Virus record (IMG/VR): IMGVR_UViG_3300023082_000009
Coordinates: 1 to 64,000 of that record
DNA: 64,000 nt
Strand: one strand, 5' to 3'
Source of the DNA: a virus
Of this stretch, positions 54,972-63,267 are shown piece by piece. The notes under the pieces were generated by a model. The model saw only the letters and a program-made list of their open reading frames with translations, did no database searches and was not told the DNA's origin. The stretch's first letter is position 1. Every line of letters begins with the position of its first letter. The position numbers were made by a program, and so were the translations under genes.

Positions 54972-55760
54972 ATGCCCACGAATAACGAACGCCCTGGCGA
55001 ACGCCGCGTCATCATGCGCCGGAGTCGTGGGCAGATGCCTTTCAGCAGTGCAGGCCGGGTGGACGGTACCCCTCGGGAAGCCCCGGTGATCGACGACGAT
55101 ATTGACGACGCCATCGACCCTGACCAGATCGACGACCACGTACGCCAGCAGACCCGACGCCCTGCCCCAGGCCCGAGCCGTGGCGACGCGCCAGAGCGCA
55201 ACCCTGCCCAGATGCTTATGGACGTGGATGAGTCCGGCAGCGCCGCCTACAGCAAGGAATACCGCATGGTGCTGCTGCACAAGATGCTGGCGCGGAAGAT
55301 GCCCCTGCACGAGATCGCCCGGCACCTGCGCGTATCCATCTCCACCATCGAGAAGGACCGGGTGCGGTTGAAGGCCTGGATGCGCGAGCAGGCCAAGGAG
55401 ATGAACATCGACGAGATGATCGGCAGCCAAGTCGCTCTCTACGATGAGCTGACCGCCATGTCGTTGCGCATCGCCTCGAAGACCTCCGGCGAGGGTGCCG
55501 TGCCCGTGGCCATGCAGCTGGCCGCCATGCGTACCACCCTGGCAGCCAACGCTGACAAGACCCGGTTCCTCGGCGCCGCTGGTGTACTCGATGTGCTGCG
55601 CTTCCGTAAGGGCGATACCGGTGAAGCACAATCTGACATCCAGATCGTCATGGAGCGGACTGCCCGCATGCTCGCTGCCCTGGCAGAGGACGGCGGCGGC
55701 ATGGAGAACTTCGGCGACTTCTCCATCAACGATGTGGAACCTGAAAGCGAGGAACTGTGA
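54972..55760 (+). CDS. Terminase small subunit (putative, HTH)
   Basis: EIARHLRVSISTIEKD HTH; coupled to the large subunit. Confidence 0.65.
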   Translation: MPTNNERPGERRVIMRRSRGQMPFSSAGRVDGTPREAPVIDDDIDDAIDPDQIDDHVRQQTRRPAPGPSRGDAPERNPAQMLMDVDESGSAAYSKEYRMVLLHKMLARKMPLHEIARHLRVSISTIEKDRVRLKAWMREQAKEMNIDEMIGSQVALYDELTAMSLRIASKTSGEGAVPVAMQLAAMRTTLAANADKTRFLGAAGVLDVLRFRKGDTGEAQSDIQIVMERTARMLAALAEDGGGMENFGDFSINDVEPESEEL

Positions 55761-57667
55761 TGGCCGTTCAACGTAGAAGCGCCATGCGCAAGCAGCTGGT
55801 TATCCAGGAGGTCGAGCTGATCGCCGACGGCTTGGCCAACAAGCAGTTCTCCGAGATGTACCGGCACGCAGTCCTCTGCGCCATGAACGGCGACACCCGG
55901 CTGTTCGACTTCATGTCGGTCCTGGACCGCGTGCCCGTGAGCATCGAAGACTTCATCGACAGCCCTGAGTTCCTGGGCAGCACTGACCTTGAGATGTGGC
56001 CAGAGGTTCGCCGGGCGGTCATCGAAGAGAACAAGGACTGGTGGAAGGGCCTAGAAGGCGGAGCACGGGATACCTGCTGCCTCATGGGGTGCACCCGTAG
56101 CGGCAAGTCGACCCAGGCAATCATCGGTACCCTGTACGACTTCTACATCCTCACCTGCATGCAGAACCCGCAGAAGTGGTACGGCCTGCCCTCGGCTACC
56201 TCCATCGTGTTCCCGATCATTGGCGCGAAGCCACACGTAACGAAGAAGGTTGTGTATGCCCCGATGCGGAAGTGGATCGAGCGCATGCCCTACTTCCAGG
56301 CCTGGGCACAGCCCGACAAGAACATCGACAGCGAGATGCTGTTCACCGAGAAGAACTTGCGGATCACGCCCGTCGGCGGTAGCGAGGATGCGATCCTGGG
56401 TGAGGCGACCATCGGTGGCATCATCGACGAGATCAACTTCATGAACGTGGTGCAGAAGTCGAAGAAGGCCGAGGTGTCCACCGGGCGGTCCGGCGTCTAC
56501 GATCAGGCAGCGCAGATCTTCGATACGTTCAGCCGCCGTCGCCGTGGTACGTTCGCCAAACGCTTCCCGCAGATCGGCAAGATCTTCGCGGTGTCGTCCA
56601 CTCGGTACCGGGGCGACTTCACCGACAAGCTCAAGGCCGACGTGATCAAGCACGACATGAAGAACGTCTACATCTTCGACAAGAAGCAGTACGAGGTTCA
56701 GCCTGCATCCAACTACTGCGGCCAGACCTTCCGCCTTCTGATCGGTAACGATGTGCAGCACGAGACCCGCGTGCTCCGGGACGACGAGGAAGTGATCGAA
56801 GGCGCCTGGGTGGAGAACGTGCCTATCGAATGCCTCCAGGACTTCCAGCGTAAGCCGTACGACGCGCTGCGGGACATCCTGGGCCTGTCGTCCAACGTGA
56901 TCAGCCCGTTCATCAAATCGCGCCACAAGGTCTACGAGTGCGTGGAGGCTGGCCGGGAGGTTGGGCTGGAGTCCTTCCTCATCCGCGACCACGTTATCCT
57001 GGGCGAGCACGGGATGCCGCAGGTCAAGCATGCCCACTATTGCAAGAACCCATCGCGCCCTCGCTATGTTCACATCGACTTGTCGCAAACGGGTGACCGG
57101 TGTGGGATCGCGATGATCCGATTCGATGGCATGATGCACCTACAGCGGAGTGGTGACTTGACCGAGCTGCTGCCCACCGGGGCGGTAGAGATGGCTTGCT
57201 CCATTCAGCCGGATGCAAACAACGAGATCGACATCGCCGAGGTACGGGCCTTCGTCAAGAACCTGAGCCGGTTGTATGGCTACCCCATCAAGGGCGTGTC
57301 CTATGACGGCTTCGATAGTCGCGAGTCTATCCAGGCGTGGCGCAAGGATCGGATGCCTACCAAGATCATCTCGATGGACCGCACGAGCGCACCCTACAAG
57401 CAGTTCCGGGACGCGCTGTACGACCGTCGGATTGGTCTGCTCGATGACGCGGACGTGACCAGCGAGATCCTTGAACTGGAGTACGACGAGTCGAAGGACA
57501 AGGTAGACCACACCATCGTCGGCAAGAAGGACGTGGCGGATGCGATCTGCGGTGCGTACACCAACATGCTGGAGCGCCGGAGCACCTGGGAAGGCGTGGA
57601 TGAATCCCTGGCCGAGTCTGGCCGATACGATGGCGAGCGGTTCGGGGACGAACCACGCCCACACTAG
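55757..57667 (+). CDS. Terminase large subunit
   Basis: GCTRSGKS Walker A, IIDEINF Walker B, HIDL...D, YDGF, KVDH...KDVADA nuclease motifs. Confidence 0.9.
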   Translation: MMAVQRRSAMRKQLVIQEVELIADGLANKQFSEMYRHAVLCAMNGDTRLFDFMSVLDRVPVSIEDFIDSPEFLGSTDLEMWPEVRRAVIEENKDWWKGLEGGARDTCCLMGCTRSGKSTQAIIGTLYDFYILTCMQNPQKWYGLPSATSIVFPIIGAKPHVTKKVVYAPMRKWIERMPYFQAWAQPDKNIDSEMLFTEKNLRITPVGGSEDAILGEATIGGIIDEINFMNVVQKSKKAEVSTGRSGVYDQAAQIFDTFSRRRRGTFAKRFPQIGKIFAVSSTRYRGDFTDKLKADVIKHDMKNVYIFDKKQYEVQPASNYCGQTFRLLIGNDVQHETRVLRDDEEVIEGAWVENVPIECLQDFQRKPYDALRDILGLSSNVISPFIKSRHKVYECVEAGREVGLESFLIRDHVILGEHGMPQVKHAHYCKNPSRPRYVHIDLSQTGDRCGIAMIRFDGMMHLQRSGDLTELLPTGAVEMACSIQPDANNEIDIAEVRAFVKNLSRLYGYPIKGVSYDGFDSRESIQAWRKDRMPTKIISMDRTSAPYKQFRDALYDRRIGLLDDADVTSEILELEYDESKDKVDHTIVGKKDVADAICGAYTNMLERRSTWEGVDESLAESGRYDGERFGDEPRPH

Positions 57668-57677
57668 GAGCAGGACC

Positions 57678-57992
57678 ATGATGACTTTCTTTGCAGTAGC
57701 CGGGATGGTGTGGCTCACGCTGATGGCGATACGCGTGCCCGCCCTCTACCGTGAGTCCAAGATCTTCGTAATGTCGTTCGTCAAGGGCGGCGGGTACACG
57801 AAGCTCCAGGCCCGCTGGGTGACTTTCCGTTGGGTGATCCTGCCCAGCCTCGGGGCGGCGCCGTCGCTTGTGTTCCTTGAATGGAGCCTGTTCTACACCG
57901 CACCATCTGCCCCAGAGATCCACGAAGCAGCCAAAGCCATCGACAAGTTCCTCAAGGAACGTCAGGCCAACGCAATCAACGAAGGGAAGTAA
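57678..57992 (+). CDS. Small membrane protein
   Basis: AGGAG RBS; two hydrophobic segments. Confidence 0.6.
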   Translation: MMTFFAVAGMVWLTLMAIRVPALYRESKIFVMSFVKGGGYTKLQARWVTFRWVILPSLGAAPSLVFLEWSLFYTAPSAPEIHEAAKAIDKFLKERQANAINEGK

Positions 57993-57994
57993 CC

Positions 57995-58843
57995 ATGCAA
58001 CAGTACCGCGAATTGATCAGCGACATCCTCCTGCGCGGCGAGGAGCGCAAATGGCGCAACGGCCACACCGGCATCAGTATCTTCGATGCCCGGATGGAGT
58101 TCGACTTGCGTGAAGGCTTCCCGCTCGAAGGGCTCAAGAAGGTGCCGTTCAAGACCGGGGTGGTAGGTGAGCTGATCGGCTTCATTCGCGGGTACACCAA
58201 CGCTGCGGACTTCCGTGCCCTGGGCTGCAACGTCTGGAACCAGAACGCCAACGAAGAGCCGAGCTGGCTGAACAACCCGGCACGTAAAGGGCACGACGAC
58301 CTGGGCCGCATCTACGGTGCGCAATGGCGGGACATCCGCGTCCAGGACGGCGGTAGCTACGCGGTGGTCGACCAGCTCTGGCAACTCCTGGCTGGCCTGC
58401 GCAGCGACCCGCACGGGCGGCGTCACGTAGTGTCCGCCTGGAACCCGGCTGAGCTGCACCTCATGGCCCTGCCTCCTTGCCACATGTTCTTCCAGTGCTA
58501 CGTGAGCAACGACGGGCACCTGGACCTCAAGATGTACCAGCGCAGTGCGGACGCCTTCCTGGGCATCCCGTTCAACATCGCCAGCTACGCGACGCTGATG
58601 CACATCCTGGCCCACTTCTGCAACCTCGTGCCGCGTCGTCTGATCATGGACCTGGGCGATGCCCACCTGTACACGAACCAGATTGATCTGGCCCACGAGA
58701 TGCTCAAGCGTTCGTGCCCGGAACTGCCCGACCTGGAGTTGAACACCGACGGGTGGGAAAGCCTGATGCACATCAAGCCCGAAGACTTCGCACTCAACGG
58801 GTACCGTCCACACGCTGCAATGAACTGCGAGATGGCCGTATGA
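57995..58843 (+). CDS. thyA: Thymidylate synthase
   Basis: LGRIYGAQWR, MALPPCH, YQRSADAFLGIPFNIASY, DAHLY. Confidence 0.95.
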   Translation: MQQYRELISDILLRGEERKWRNGHTGISIFDARMEFDLREGFPLEGLKKVPFKTGVVGELIGFIRGYTNAADFRALGCNVWNQNANEEPSWLNNPARKGHDDLGRIYGAQWRDIRVQDGGSYAVVDQLWQLLAGLRSDPHGRRHVVSAWNPAELHLMALPPCHMFFQCYVSNDGHLDLKMYQRSADAFLGIPFNIASYATLMHILAHFCNLVPRRLIMDLGDAHLYTNQIDLAHEMLKRSCPELPDLELNTDGWESLMHIKPEDFALNGYRPHAAMNCEMAV

Positions 58844-60243
58844 GAATCGTACGTACCCGACCGGCAGTCCTGGCCCAGGCTGTCCGTGACACCACCGCCG
58901 ACCAGCGCGGCAGCTCCGACCTCGTGGCCCGCGTGATCGAAGAGATCAAGGCCGAGTCCGGGCGCACTGCCAAGAAGGAGATGCTCAAGGCACTACGCGA
59001 CAGCAGCGACATCGCGCTCAAGGTGATGCTAGCCGTCTTCGACGTGAACCGTACCTACGGCATCAAGAAGGTACCGAGTGCCCGCGTGAAGGGTAACCCA
59101 CACTCCGGCAGCCGCGAGTTCAGCGACAACACCTGGGGCATCCTGGATGACTTGGCCAGCCGTAAGCTGACCGGCAATCGTGCCCAGGATGTCCTGGCCG
59201 TGGAGCTGGGCTTCCTGACGCAGCCATCGCGTGACCTGTTCACCGCCATCCTCCAGCAGAACCTGCGGGCGGGGTTCAGCGGCGACGTGGTAAACGAGGT
59301 CTGGGGCCCGGTCCTGCGCATCGTCAAGATCCAGCTGGCCAACACCTTCTTCATGAAGCAGAAGGCTGGCGAGAAGGGTCCGCGTAAGGTGAACCCGAAG
59401 GCCCGCTTCCCTGCCTACGACGACATCAAGTACGACGGCGTGCGCGGCTTCCGCCTGAGCGACGAGGACACCGGGTTCTTCTCGCGGGCCGGTCTCCCCC
59501 TGGAATGCCCGCCTGCCTTGCATACCCTGATCGGCGAGTTCCTGGAGGATGCCCGTGCGTTCTACGAGTGCGGTGCCGAGGAGGCGTTGTTGCTCGATTG
59601 CGAGATCGTGCCGCTTGCCGGTGGCTTCGCCGACATCATGAGTCAGGTGCGTGCCTCGAAGCGTGGCGCGAGCGACGGAACCACCGGTATTCGCATCATC
59701 GACATCATCACCAAGCAGGAGTACCTGGAGGGTAAGTCCTACGATAACCAGCGTGCCCGCCGTGAAGACCTGGAGCTGATGATCCAGCAGCCTTGGTTCA
59801 AGAAGTACGAGGGCTACATCAAGCTGACCGAAGGCCGCGAAGTGAAGAACGCCGAGGAGGCCCTGGCCTTCTACGCGGAGGTCGTGGCCAACGGCGGCGA
59901 AGGCACGATGCACAAGCACTACGACGATTACTGGGAAGCCAAGCGCACCGACGGCTGGTTGAAGCTCAAGCCTGCCGAGGAGATCGAAGGCAAGATCGTC
60001 GGGTACAAGGACGGTGCCAAGCACAGCAAGTGGGAAGGCTGGCTCGGGGCGGTCCTGGTCAAGCTACCCAACGGGGTGGTGGTATCCGTCGACGGTATGA
60101 CCGACAAGGTGCGCGAGTACATCCACCTGCACCGCGAAGAACTCCTGGGCGAGACAGTCGAACTGCTCTACCACGAGATGACCCCAGACGGCAGCCTGCG
60201 TCATCCACGGTTCAAGCCCGGCTTTGTACGGGACGATAAATAG
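58840..60243 (+). CDS. ATP-dependent DNA ligase
   Basis: KYDGVR, FSR, LDCEI, EGTMHK, WLKLK, GSLRHPRF. Confidence 0.92.
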   Translation: MRIVRTRPAVLAQAVRDTTADQRGSSDLVARVIEEIKAESGRTAKKEMLKALRDSSDIALKVMLAVFDVNRTYGIKKVPSARVKGNPHSGSREFSDNTWGILDDLASRKLTGNRAQDVLAVELGFLTQPSRDLFTAILQQNLRAGFSGDVVNEVWGPVLRIVKIQLANTFFMKQKAGEKGPRKVNPKARFPAYDDIKYDGVRGFRLSDEDTGFFSRAGLPLECPPALHTLIGEFLEDARAFYECGAEEALLLDCEIVPLAGGFADIMSQVRASKRGASDGTTGIRIIDIITKQEYLEGKSYDNQRARREDLELMIQQPWFKKYEGYIKLTEGREVKNAEEALAFYAEVVANGGEGTMHKHYDDYWEAKRTDGWLKLKPAEEIEGKIVGYKDGAKHSKWEGWLGAVLVKLPNGVVVSVDGMTDKVREYIHLHREELLGETVELLYHEMTPDGSLRHPRFKPGFVRDDK

Positions 60244-60252
60244 GAGCACACC

Positions 60253-60477
60253 ATGCAAACCAACAACCTGGACCCACGGGTGTCTGAGGTACTCAAGGCC
60301 CGCGTAGAGATGAACGCAGCCATAGCGAAGGCGGCCTCGGACGCTATCTCGGCATTCGAGAGCAGCACTGGGCTGGCCGTAACCTCGGTCGCTATCACTA
60401 CCGTACAGCACAGGAGCTTCGGCCAGCCGGACGGGTGCATGGTGACGGGCGTTACCACGACAATCGCTGGCCTTTAA
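60253..60477 (+). CDS. Hypothetical protein
   Basis: AGGAG RBS. Confidence 0.6.
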   Translation: MQTNNLDPRVSEVLKARVEMNAAIAKAASDAISAFESSTGLAVTSVAITTVQHRSFGQPDGCMVTGVTTTIAGL

Positions 60478-60483
60478 CCTGAC

Positions 60484-60499
60484 GTGCAATCAACTGCAC
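60484..60499. repeat. Dispersed palindrome copy (before dcd RBS)
   Basis: GTGCAATCAACTGCAC. Confidence 0.85.
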
Positions 60500-60510
60500 C
60501 GGAGAAACCT

Positions 60511-61068
60511 ATGTCCCTCCTTTCGTACACCGAGCTTGTAGAGCTGGTAGAACAAGGCGTCCTCAAGGGGGTCCAGCCGGGCGCCATCCAGCCAGCAAGC
60601 ATCGACGTGCGCCTGGGGGACGTGTTCCTCCGGGAGAATCGCCTGCCCTGGTACAAGCGCCTCCTCGGGTGGCCCAGGCCCGTGGTCGACCTTGCCCGCC
60701 GTGAGTCCGTAGGGTTCACCGAGGAGCTGGGCTACGTGATCCTGCGGCCCCAGGACTTCTGCCTCGCCCACACCATCGAGATCTTCAACCTGCCGGATGA
60801 CATCTCGTGCGCGTTCTGCCTCAAGTCCTCCATGGCCCGTAATGGTTTGGAACATTTGAATGCGTGCTGGGCGGACGCCGGGTTCAACAGCTCGGTGCTT
60901 ACGCTGGAGGTCAAGAATATGCTGCGCTTCCATGATCTCGTATTGACATCAGGCATGTTTATTGGTCAATTGAAGTTCTGGCGGCACACAGCGGTGCCCG
61001 CCGAAAAGAGCTACAGAGCAGTAGGTCGGTACAACGGGGACAGCTCCGTGAGTGCCATCAAGAAGTAA
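60511..61068 (+). CDS. dcd: dCTP deaminase
   Basis: IQPASIDVRLG, KSSMARNGL, DAGF...LTLE, IGQL. Confidence 0.88.
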   Translation: MSLLSYTELVELVEQGVLKGVQPGAIQPASIDVRLGDVFLRENRLPWYKRLLGWPRPVVDLARRESVGFTEELGYVILRPQDFCLAHTIEIFNLPDDISCAFCLKSSMARNGLEHLNACWADAGFNSSVLTLEVKNMLRFHDLVLTSGMFIGQLKFWRHTAVPAEKSYRAVGRYNGDSSVSAIKK

Positions 61069-61092
61069 CCAACCGCAGCAAGGAGTGTCGCC

Positions 61093-61926
61093 ATGGGTAG
61101 CAGCTACCAGTCGGAACGCCGCAAGGGCCGCAACACTAAGGGCAAAGGCAACCGCGAGCAGGACGGCAGCAATAATATTCTCGACCTCAACGACGCTCTG
61201 GCCCGTAAGGAAGGCCCGACCAAGAAGCAATGGCACGAACACGACCTCCGCCACATCAAGGCCAAGACCGATGGCCAGGAGACCGCCATCCAGGCATGGT
61301 TCGCTGACCCCGAGGGTCACCTCTCCCTGATCGGTTCCGCAGGTACCGGCAAATCCCTCCTCGCTGTCTACTGCGCCTCCGTTGACTACACTCGCGGTCA
61401 GGTAGAAGGCATCACCATCATTCGAGCCTCCGTGCCCAAGCGTGACCCTGGCGCACTGCCCGGCACCCTGGAGCAGAAGCAGGCCCCGTACGAGGCTCCC
61501 TACGCCTCGCTCCTGCAAACTCTGTTCGGTCGCAAGTCCACCTACGACGACATGAAGGCCGCAGGCGTCATCGAGTACAAGTCGACCAGCTACATCCGTG
61601 GCACCACCATCGACAACCGCATCATCATCGTCGAGGAAGCCCAGAACCTGGACTTCGACGAGATCGACTCCGTGCTCACTCGGGCGGGTGAAGGCTCTCG
61701 GGTGATCCTGACCGGCGACACGCTGCGTCAATGCGACCTCAAGCACTTCGAGACCTCCGGCATTCAGATCCTCAAGGAAGTCCAGGACAAGCTGGAAGGT
61801 ATGACCGTCGTGGAGTTCGGCCCGCATGACTGCGTGCGCTCTGGCTTTGCTCGGTCCTGGCTCCTGGCCACGGAAGACTTCTTCACCGAGCAGCGTGCCC
61901 GCGAGCGCAACGAACGCAACGCTTGA
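61093..61926 (+). CDS. phoH: PhoH-family ATPase
   Basis: GSAGTGKS, GALPG, YIRGTT, EEAQN, TGD...Q-x-D, VRSG. Confidence 0.92.
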   Translation: MGSSYQSERRKGRNTKGKGNREQDGSNNILDLNDALARKEGPTKKQWHEHDLRHIKAKTDGQETAIQAWFADPEGHLSLIGSAGTGKSLLAVYCASVDYTRGQVEGITIIRASVPKRDPGALPGTLEQKQAPYEAPYASLLQTLFGRKSTYDDMKAAGVIEYKSTSYIRGTTIDNRIIIVEEAQNLDFDEIDSVLTRAGEGSRVILTGDTLRQCDLKHFETSGIQILKEVQDKLEGMTVVEFGPHDCVRSGFARSWLLATEDFFTEQRARERNERNA

Positions 61927-61986
61927 TCGCCAGTGTCGGTTGCCCGGTAACACGGGCGCCGATACATTGAACCCAAGGAGAACGAC

Positions 61987-62298
61987 ATGAGCGACAAGAC
62001 ACCACCAGACAATGTTCGTAGCATCTCCCTAGTCGCGAGTAACTCGCAGATCAAAGGCCCAGTTGCGGAACCCGGCGCAGCCGTCAAGCACCTGAAAAGC
62101 ATGATCGAGGCGATTGAGAGCGGCGCCATGCCCGAGCCAGAGTTCGGCGTAACGATGATGGGTTTCACCGACCCTAACGAAGCGCCGATCCAGATGGAGT
62201 TCGGGACCAAGGAAGTACACCCGTACATGATTGTCGGGCTGATCGCGGAGGCCAAGATCCTTACCTTGAGCCCTGCCTTCGATGCCGACGAAGGTTAA
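61987..62298 (+). CDS. Hypothetical protein
   Basis: AAGGAG RBS. Confidence 0.65.
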   Translation: MSDKTPPDNVRSISLVASNSQIKGPVAEPGAAVKHLKSMIEAIESGAMPEPEFGVTMMGFTDPNEAPIQMEFGTKEVHPYMIVGLIAEAKILTLSPAFDADEG

Positions 62299-62320
62299 CC
62301 CACCGAGAAAGGTAATACCC

Positions 62321-62536
62321 ATGGCAGTAGTAGCGCACTTTGTAGGCGGCCCGCGTAACGGTCGCAAGAACAACCTCCAGGGCAACGACGAAGCGCCAGA
62401 CCGCATCGCCGTCACCGCCAAGGAAGCCAAGGCGGTCAACATGAAGCCAGGGCGTTACGAGATCTCCTCCAAGGAAGCGGACGGCAGCAAAGGTGTCTAC
62501 CGCTGGGTAACCCTTCAACAGGCCGAGATGGCCTAA
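62321..62536 (+). CDS. Hypothetical protein
   Basis: AAGG RBS; FVGGP-x-NG motif. Confidence 0.6.
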   Translation: MAVVAHFVGGPRNGRKNNLQGNDEAPDRIAVTAKEAKAVNMKPGRYEISSKEADGSKGVYRWVTLQQAEMA

Positions 62537-62557
62537 CCAGAGCAGCAAAGGCATTTA

Positions 62558-62582
62558 GGCCCGCTTCGGCGGGTCATTTTTT
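62558..62582 (+). terminator. Rho-independent terminator
   Basis: GGCCCGC-TTCG-GCGGGTC-ATTTTTT. Confidence 0.75.
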
Positions 62583-62584
62583 AA

Positions 62585-62600
62585 GTGCAACTAATTGCAC
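62585..62600. repeat. Dispersed palindrome copy (between terminator and RBS)
   Basis: GTGCAACTAATTGCAC. Confidence 0.8.
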
Positions 62601-62611
62601 GGGAGGTAGGT

Positions 62612-62881
62612 ATGCGCCGCTATGATGTTCAAAAGGTCATCATGTCCACCGGCCTGACCGTAGGCCACTTCCTCCTGCTGCCTCCTGAGATGGAGGACGT
62701 GCTTCGCAGCTTCACGCCCGACGCCTACGACAGCGACATGATCCTGGACGGCCTGTCCGGCGTGTACTTCTACCTGGACCCGCAGGGCAAGCGCTGCACC
62801 ATCCCACCGGACGACGTGCGCTCCCAGCTGATGCTGTCCATGAACCTGCCGGGCCACGGCCCGATCTTCGGCGACGCGTGA
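62612..62881 (+). CDS. Hypothetical protein
   Basis: GGAGGT RBS. Confidence 0.6.
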   Translation: MRRYDVQKVIMSTGLTVGHFLLLPPEMEDVLRSFTPDAYDSDMILDGLSGVYFYLDPQGKRCTIPPDDVRSQLMLSMNLPGHGPIFGDA

Positions 62882-63267
62882 TGTCTATCCTCATACTGGC
62901 AACCCAGTTGCTCGTAGAGGCGGGGATACGTCGCGCCATGAACCCACCGAGACAGACCATGAAATACACTCAACGCCAAGTAGACTTCCACGAGGACAAC
63001 CGGGGCTTGCAGGGTCACCGTTGCAGTGCAGCCGTGGAGGCCGAGGTAATGGCCATGCCCGCCTACTCCTGCGATTCCCCTGTCCTCTATGACCAGCGCA
63101 GCCGGATGTTCTACTTCCTCAACACGGACGGTCGACCTGAGTACCTGGAGCGCGAGAGCGTACACACCATGCCGCTACGCGACGCCAGCGTCGACCGTGA
63201 CTACATCGACGAACTGCCTGCGGGTGTGGTTCAGCGCGTCGGCCAATGGTCGGGGCCGTCAGCATGA
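62878..63267 (+). CDS. Hypothetical protein (start uncertain)
   Basis: Fills the gap and is coupled to neighbours; C-terminal half resembles the previous ORF (YDS/CDS...F/Y-Y/F-L-D/N-x2-G). Confidence 0.5.
   Translation: MMSILILATQLLVEAGIRRAMNPPRQTMKYTQRQVDFHEDNRGLQGHRCSAAVEAEVMAMPAYSCDSPVLYDQRSRMFYFLNTDGRPEYLERESVHTMPLRDASVDRDYIDELPAGVVQRVGQWSGPSA

Noticed and set aside
6247-58829. Weak motif-like matches near 6247, 11499, 23132, 45944, 47832 and 58814
   Set aside because: Three or more core mismatches or half-sites only; compatible with chance.
57995-61068. thyA and dcd as a hypermodified-pyrimidine pathway
   Set aside because: ThyA motifs are canonical, and no hydroxymethylase, kinase or glycosyltransferase partner is seen in the window.
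3612-62575. Repeated C-TTCG-G hairpins at 3612, 28641, 33246 and 62560
   Set aside because: Ordinary UUCG-tetraloop terminators.
1394-62600. Dispersed palindrome as CRISPR repeat, REP element or FNR/ANR, IHF or NtrC box
   Set aside because: Single 16-bp copies kilobases apart. It contains TTGAT/ATCAA but not TTGAT-N4-ATCAA or the IHF TTR element, and its arms are arranged opposite to NtrC sites.
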